From Conidiobolus incongruus B7586 (lineage: Eukaryota), in NCBI GenBank assembly GCA_000697335.1, contig JNEM01013558.1, positions 1 to 33,224 on the forward strand: a DNA stretch of 33,224 nucleotides, given 5' to 3'. Positions 26,130 to 33,224 of this stretch are shown piece after piece (the first letter of the stretch is position 1; each line of letters begins with the position of its first letter). The position numbers were made by a program, and so were the translations under genes. The notes beneath the pieces are model-generated. The model saw only the letters and a program-made list of their open reading frames with translations, ran no database searches and was not told the origin of the DNA.

Positions 26130-27796
26130 ATATATATATATATATATATTATAAATTTAATTTCCCAAATTTGTTATAGTATATTATAGTTATATGGATT
26201 AAAATATTATTGAAATAAACTCAAAATTATTTATATTACCTTTGGTAAATATTCATTATAAATTATATTTTATATTTAAATTCAATATCAAATATTAGTT
26301 GAATATATAAGGATTAAATAAATATATATAGATTTTAATGATCATTATATGATAAATTATAATATTCATCTTTTATAAAATTAAAAAAATATCATTTTGT
26401 GTAAAAATAAGTTAAATATAATGATATAATATATTATAAGCTTAATTGGGATTGAATTCCAAAAAATATATATAATATAATATAAAATTAAAATAAAATG
26501 TTAGTATCTATTAATAATTTTAAAATAAATATTAAATAATTAATTAATCTAATTTTGAGTTTATAATTTATCAATTTATTATTTTTTAAATATTAAATAT
26601 ATATTACTTAATTTTACAAAAAATGTTAAATTAAATTTATTAGTACTCCCATATTAGGATTAATATTTGAGAAACACCCGAATGGTTATTAATGAACACT
26701 TGATAAATTCATTTTGTTATATCTAATGATTTCATTATTTTTTATTTTGCATCTATACTTTATTTAAATTGAAAATCTCGCTTGTGCGATATGTATTTTG
26801 TACGATAATAAAATATAAATTGGCTTTAAAATTAAATCCAATTTCAAGTTAAAAATATAATAAGGAAAACTATCAAATGTGTTAAGAACATTATTTTAAA
26901 ATAAGAGATAATTTGATACTAAAATATTTGGAGATTATTCTCAAATTATATTTTTAAAATGCAAATTAATATAAGTGGCTTTATATAATCAAAAAAAATC
27001 TAAAAATACCACTTTAATATTAATGTAATAAAGTTTAAATATGATAGCTCAAGTAAAACCAGATTGTAAGGTTGGTATATGTGTAATATTTTAAATACTT
27101 ATCAGAATTATCTATATTTAATTTCAAAATTAATATTAAAAATATTTTGATCACTATCCTTTTTTTAACTTTACACTTAATTGAGAGAGTGGCGTAAATT
27201 TTGTATTTGATAGTGAATTAGTTTTAGATTGACAAATATATCAAATACCAAATTCAAATTTAATTCAATTAATATCAGTATTGGATGAATCAATGTCAAA
27301 ATAAGGATTATTAACTGTTTTAAAAATTTAACCATTATCTCAACAAGCCCATTCATTTTTTTAGTCGATAATATATTTTAATCTTGATTAATTGTCAATA
27401 TTGGAATATCTATCTTAAAGGTTCAAAATTTAAATGATTACTATATAAGGTATATAAAACAATAAAAATATAAAGATTGTATAAAGCTTAACATTTAATA
27501 GCTTAAAATATCTATTTTAAAGATAACATCAGTTCAGTTTATTTAAGTTTAAGTTCAAAATGTTAGAAATATATAACTATACATAGATAGAATATTATTT
27601 TGGAATTTATATTGATTATGTTTCTAAAATATAAATATAAATGATATATATTATTTTTGACTAATTTGAGCATAATTATAATATTAGAATAGAAATAAAA
27701 AATGTCAAGTTTTTTAATTTTTGCTTTTTAAATATATTATATATTATGAAAAATTATTTATATATAAAATATATATAATAATGTATATTTTCAAAC

Positions 27797-27816
27797 TATA
27801 TATATATATATATATA
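27797..27816. repeat. (TA)n microsatellite at the retrotransposon insertion site
   Basis: Directly visible and abuts the TG of the 5' LTR. Confidence 0.85.
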
Positions 27817-28066
27817 TGTTAAGAGACTAGTTCTATAAATTCTTATATACACTTTCATATAATCTAATTAACTATAAATTATATGATTAATTTATACTTA
27901 TTTAGTTAAATTAATTGTATAAATAGTATTAAATTATCTAATAAACTAGGTTTTTCTTTTTCCCTCTTAATTCTTACTATTTTTTACTTTTACACTATTT
28001 TTAAAATTAGAACTATATTCTATTGATATTGTAAAATATTAACACTACCTAATATAAATTTTAATA
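27817..28066 (+). repeat. 5' LTR (~250 bp)
   Basis: Begins TG and matches the 3' LTR. The proposed end TTTTAATA (28059-28066) equals TCTTAACA, the inverted complement of the start TGTTAAGA, after two C>T changes. TATAAATA-like box near 27918. It is followed by TATTAGTGAC, which could be a mutated TGG-type primer site. An alternative end is TTAACA at 28044. Confidence 0.75.
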
Positions 28067-28479
28067 TATTAGTGACTGATTTTAATTTAAAGCTTAATTA
28101 AACTTTGTTTACATTTGTATACTACAGCTATATTATATTATTATATTCTATACACATTATTTTTATATTAAGTTTTCCTCTATACTATATTAGTTTAACT
28201 ACTACTATACTTATATAGTAGTAGTAATAAAACTATTAAAAACCTACTAGAAATTAATAACTATTTGTATTAAACCTAATTATTACTATTTTAAATCTTA
28301 TCTATAATTTATTTCATTTAAATTTAACACTATATACTATAATACCACTAAAAAAAATACCCTTATATTATTTTAATAACAATAATAACTTAATTACTAA
28401 ATAAATCTAAGACTTTATTTTTTAAAAGTTTACTACCCTTTAAAAAGCTTATATTAGACAACTTTTGATTAAAAAAAAC

Positions 28480-29280
28480 ATGTTTCAAAGAGCTTAAATC
28501 TAACAAACTAGCTACTTTACTATAATTAATATATTAAACCATCTCTTTAGTATTTTTAAAAATAAATTAACTACTTATGATAGTTTTAAAAACCTTTACA
28601 AGCTTGAAAACTGCTTTAAAAATATAAAAAATTACCTTGATTTAATTTTAGATAAAGATTTAAAGAATATCTTTAAATTAGCTACTTTTTTTTTAGAAAA
28701 ATCTATTTATACTTGGTAGTTAACTTATTACAAGCTTAATCCTAAAAAATCTTTAAGAGGATAACTTACTACAAAAATATAAACTTTTAAACAATTAGAA
28801 AAAGCTTTTAAAGAGAGGTATTACTTAAAAAATTAAGTTTAATTAACAAGAGAAAAGTTTTCTTAACTTAAATAAAAAACTTCTACTAGATAATTAATTG
28901 AGAAATTTAATGAGATATGCTTAAATATATTAAATATCACTAAAAAAAATAAATCCACAAATTATTATAATACTTTAACTTTTAAGTGAAACTTTAGTTA
29001 GTTAATAGGAAACACTTTAATAATATGTTTTTTTCTAACATTTGTAATGTAACAATTATAATCAATGATATTCTTTACTCTATAACTAAATCTTTTTACC
29101 TTAAAATTTAATCTTTTAAACTTTACTTTAACCCACCTAACTCTCAAATAATAAATGTTTCTGTTTTAAAGCTTTATAAGAAAACCTTTAGTAAAGAAGT
29201 TAAAGCTTACTTGAGAATAAACAAAAGTTGTTATTACTATTAAAAGACTTAAATTAACTATAAAGCTAATAAATACCTTT
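28480..29280 (+). pseudogene. Retrotransposon gag (capsid-like domain plus mutated CCHC zinc knuckle)
   Basis: Reads KLATFFLEKSIYTW*...TFKQLEKAFKERYY...REKFS*LK*KTS...LIEKFNEI, which is Retrotrans_gag-like. 29229-29276 reads CYYY*KT*INYKANKY and restores to CYYCQKTQxDHKANEC by reverting transitions. One 1-nt slip in the A8 run at 28942-28949. The true start codon is uncertain. Confidence 0.75.
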
Positions 29281-29579
29281 TAAAAAAGTAACATCTATTT
29301 AATTCTCAATAATCTTAACTTACCAACTATAAATTAAACTTGAATAATATTAATATAACTTTAGAATCACCCCTTTTATAATTAATTAGTAGATTCTAAT
29401 CTAATCCACAAAAGTTTTAATAAACTACTAATTCTATAAATTAAACTATTTATACTAGAGAAATCTAACTGATTAAACTATTAAAAATTAAAAATATTTT
29501 AGTAACTAATCTACCTTATAATTTTTTACCTTTAACTATCACCCTATTATTTATGTTAATTAGTTTTTTTATAAACACA

Positions 29580-32500
29580 CTTGTTAGTGTTTTAATTAAT
29601 TTTAGTTGTTTTAGTTATATTATCTCTTTTTTTATTATTATAAAGTTATTTTTACCTACTTAAAAAAGTAACTTGATAATTAAATATACTAACAACTTAA
29701 TAGAATAAGCATTTAATATTATATCTAGATACTTATTATTACCCCCTAACTATTTTTAATATATTAAATTTCTAGTTGATAATATTAGTTATAATTTTAT
29801 ACTAGGTTAAAATTAGTTTGAATATCACAGTTTTATATCTATAAATATTACCCTAAAAGGTTACAAATTTATTTTTTTCATATTCTAAAAAAAATTAGTG
29901 GAATTAATCTTAAAAAACCTACATTACCCTACTATAAAATTATTAAATATTATACCTAACATTAACTCTATAATTGTAACAAATAATTTTATTATTATAA
30001 ACAAAAACTAATGTAAAAAACTAATTAAAAACCTTAATAATTTATAGGGATATATATTTGTTTATTACTTATCTATTAATACTTTATTTGTTAATTTCAA
30101 TAAAGTTATACTTAATAACTACTTCTTTTATAATATAATAAGTTAATTTACTAATGTTTTTGAATTTATAAATAGATTACCTTTTAAATATAATATTAAG
30201 TATAAAATTAAACTACTCTTTGGTATACAATTATACTTAAAGTTTACTTACTATTTATCTTTTAAACAATATTAAACTTTAAAAGAAGAAATCTAAAAAC
30301 TACTTAAAAATAAATATATTAAACTTTTTTCCTCACTATAAAAATCTCTAATCTTCTTTATAAAAAAAACTAATGGTGGTTAAAGATTATATATTAATAA
30401 TTGTGTTTTAAACTCTAAAACTATTAAGGATAAAACTTTATTATTAAACCTACATAATATTAAGGATAAACTACTTAAATCAATTATATTTACTAAACTA
30501 GATGTTAAGAATAAATATTACAACATTAAAGTTAAAGAAAATTCTATCCCTTTAACTATTTTCAATACTTTTTTAAGTTACTATAAATTTACTGTTATAA
30601 ACTTTAAATTGTGTAATACCTTTGTAACTTTTATTTAATTCATTAATTCCCTTATTAACCTTGTTTTTAATAACTTTATTATTACCTACCTTGATAATAT
30701 TTTAATCTATTTAAAAACTAAAGAAGAACATATTTAACATGTTAATTAAGTTTTACAAATTATTTAAGAATATAAATTACCTTTAAAACTATTAAAATAT
30801 ATCTTTAGTGCTTTTTCTATCTTTTTTTATGGTTATATTGTTTCCTCTTAAAAAATTAGTATTAATCTAACTAAACTTAATAGTGTTAAAGTTTTTACTA
30901 TATTTATACACAAAGATTAACTTATGTTTATACTTAAATTATTAAATTACTTTAAAAATTTCATTGATTTTTTTATTGAACTTACTATTTTTTTTACTAA
31001 TCTCTTAAAGAAAAACTCTTTTTTTGAATAAACCCCACTATATACTTTTTGCATAAATGTTTTAATTTTCTATATTATTAATGTTCTTGCTTTATCTATC
31101 TTTAATCTAAAACTACTTACTATTATTTTTACTAACTTTAGTTTTTTTACAATTAGTAAATAATTAACCTAGTTTGAATTTAATTTATATTTTACCCTAT
31201 AACTATAAGATAAAATAATAAATAAAAGAGAATAAGTTGAGTTTAACTTTATAAATGTTACTTTAAAACTAATAACATTCTAGTTAAGAAAAATAAAACT
31301 AGCTGAATTAAAATACCTAGTTTATAAATAAAAACTCTTTACTTTAGTAGAAATAATCAAAAATCACTTATATTTCTTATTTTATAACTTTTTCTTAATA
31401 CTTACAGATTATAAATCACTTATCTACTTAAATACTCAGAAGCATTTATTAAGAAAATAAGTTAGATAGATTAAAGCTATCTAAGTTTACCTTTTCTTTA
31501 TTTAATATCTCTTAGGTTAATAAAACTATATTGTAGATACTTTGTTAAAAAATCTTACATACCTACCTTTTTATTCTAATTGTAAAAATCTAGCAAATAT
31601 TAACTCAATGATTATTAATGAAGGAAATAAAAAATTTATTAAACTACTTTAAGAAACACTACTAAATAATAATTTCTTTATTTTAGTTAAAGAAGAACTC
31701 TTTAAACTATTAGAAAACTAATTAAAATATGTTAAAAGATTTAAAATTATTAATAACTTACTATACTATAATAATTATCTATATATTCCTAACATTCTTA
31801 AGATTTAACAAACAATATTTAATGAATGCTATAACTTACTTGTTAAAGAACATCAAAACTAGTTAAAAACTGCTGAGAGAATTAAAATAAAGTACTACTA
31901 GCTTTCCCTAGTTAAATTAGTTTAGAAATACACTAATACCTGTGATATATGCTAAAGAATTAAATATAATACTTAACTAAAATATGGTAAACTTATTCTT
32001 TTACAAGTCCCTAATAAAACTTAATAATAAATCTAGCTTGATTTTATAAAAATCCCTAAATTAACAAATAGTTATAATAACTTACTAATTGTAATTGATT
32101 TATTTTTTAAATATGTTTATTTTATTCCTTGTTTCAAAACTTCTATAACTAAAAATGTTGCACAATTATTATTCTTTAATATCTTTACCTATTATAGAAT
32201 TCTACAAACTATTGTATCTGATAAAAATATACAATTCAACTCTTAATTCTAGAAGTTACTATCCTTTTCCTTTAAAATTAACCTAGCTATATCTACTATT
32301 AATTATCACTAAACCAATAAACTCACTAAAAAAACTATTAAAACCTTAAAGTAAATGATTAGAGTTTATATTAACACTAATCAGTTAAATTAGGATGTTT
32401 ATATCTACTAACTCTAATATTTATTCAACACTTTTATTAATAAATCAACAAGTTTTAACCTTTATTTTATTAATTATAGTAAATATCCTAGCTTAATAAT

Positions 32501-33086
32501 TACTCTAAAACTTTAAATTAATTTACCTTTAAATATTGTTGAATTTTAATCTAATATCAAACATATTAATTCCTTTATCAAATTTAACTTAGAAGAAAAT
32601 TAAAGGATCATGGAACAGTAATACTTAAAGTTATCCACAAACCCTTTTAAATATAAAACTAGTATGTTTGTATACTTAGAATAATTTACCCTTAAACCTA
32701 CCCTATTTAAATCTAGTTTAAATCCTAAATACTTACTATTATATTATAATCCCTATAAAATTTAATCTATTGATTTAAATTTTGAAAATATTACTTTAGA
32801 ATTACTTCTAACTTTGAGGATCAACTTTACCTTTTACATATCCAAAATTAAACTATACTTTGAAGATTTTAACACTTTTCTTAATTAATTAAAAACCCCA
32901 AAACTAGATCTAATTATTAATTAAGATAGAGAAGAAGAATACTATGTTGATTACATAATTAAATCTAAATTTGTTAGGAATAAGTTTTATTTTTATATAA
33001 AATAGATAGGTTATCTTATTAAAGAAGCTATATAAAAACCTCTAAAAAATATTAAGAATACTTTAGCTTATTATACCTATTTGTAA
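29580..33086 (+). pseudogene. Retrotransposon pol: aspartic protease, reverse transcriptase, RNase H, integrase, chromodomain; many in-frame stops
   Basis: All motifs lie in one frame. Protease: VLINFSC (29589, from LIDSGC) and YNFILG*N*F. RT: KKTNGG*RL, FTKLDV, VINFKLCNTFVTF (from MNFGLCNAPATF), YLDNILIY (30687, from YLDD). RNase H: TNFS (31131), LTDYKSL. Integrase: CDIC (31941), LDF (D at 32040), TIVSDKN (D at 32220). Chromodomain: EEEYYVDYII...YIK*IGYLIKEAI*KP (32925 onward, from VKWxGYPxEEATWEP). Confidence 0.93.
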
Positions 33087-33122
33087 AAATTTAGGGAGTG
33101 TGTCTCTTTTAAGAAACTTATT

Positions 33123-33129
33123 AGGGGAG
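33123..33129 (+). other. Polypurine tract (PPT)
   Basis: AGGGGAG immediately 5' of the TG that starts the 3' LTR. Confidence 0.8.
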
Positions 33130-33224
33130 TGTTAAAAGACTAGTTCTTTAAATTTTTATATATACTTTCATATAATCCAATTAACTATAAATTATATGAT
33201 TAATTTATACTTATATAGTTAAAT
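33130..33224 (+). repeat. 3' LTR (partial, runs off the window)
   Basis: Ungapped match to 27817-27911 with 6 differences in 95 nt: 4 transitions and 2 A/T transversions. Confidence 0.93.

Larger units (their letters stand above)
27817..33224 (+). mobile_element. Ty3/Gypsy LTR retrotransposon of the chromovirus type, inactivated by massive transition mutation; 3' LTR cut by the window edge
   Basis: Direct repeats start TGTTAAGAGACTAG (27817) and TGTTAAAAGACTAG (33130) and match at 89/95 positions over the visible overlap. A polypurine tract lies before the 3' LTR. Internal order is gag-PR-RT-RH-IN-chromodomain. The element is inserted at the end of a (TA)n run. Confidence 0.95.

Noticed and set aside
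27945..28060. Tf1-style self-priming complementarity
   Set aside because: Only 5-6 bp (CTAGGT/ACCTAA) is visible, which cannot be told from chance after hypermutation.
28480..33086. Idea that the retroelement uses a genetic code with TAA/TAG reassigned
   Set aside because: The stops replace both Gln and Trp, catalytic residues are also altered (YLDD>YLDN, DSG>NFS), and both TF genes end normally at TAA with no internal stops.
1..33224. CRISPR arrays, tRNA/rRNA genes, telomeric repeats
   Set aside because: No regularly spaced repeats, cloverleaf structures or rRNA-like sequence seen. The many A/T-only palindromes are expected at this composition.

Overview
Very AT-rich, gene-poor eukaryotic DNA. 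It is fungal, because it encodes Zn(II)2Cys6 regulators. The composition and intronless genes suggest an early-diverging lineage, but the taxon cannot be fixed from this window. Contents: (1) two intact, intronless, minus-strand paralogous Zn2Cys6 transcription factor genes (6314-7996, 14612-16309), apparently from an old ~8.2-8.8 kb tandem duplication whose intergenic DNA still shows colinear homology blocks; (2) a GC-rich probable solo LTR (4161-~4495); (3) decayed coding relics at ~21.75-22.17 kb and ~22.9-24.25 kb, plus a cryptic dispersed repeat family with a TTCGGAYGTTGTAC core; (4) an exact Tn5/Nextera mosaic-end sequence at 26111-26129, probably an assembly artefact; (5) a chromodomain-bearing Ty3/Gypsy retrotransposon from 27817 to the window end, which the ORF track misses entirely. 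This element keeps one reading frame through gag, protease, RT, RNase H, integrase and chromodomain, with a single 1-nt slip. It has been destroyed almost only by C>T and G>A transitions in many contexts, and I found no CpG in it. This is a RIP-like hypermutation signature and the most interesting feature of the window, especially if the host is outside Dikarya.
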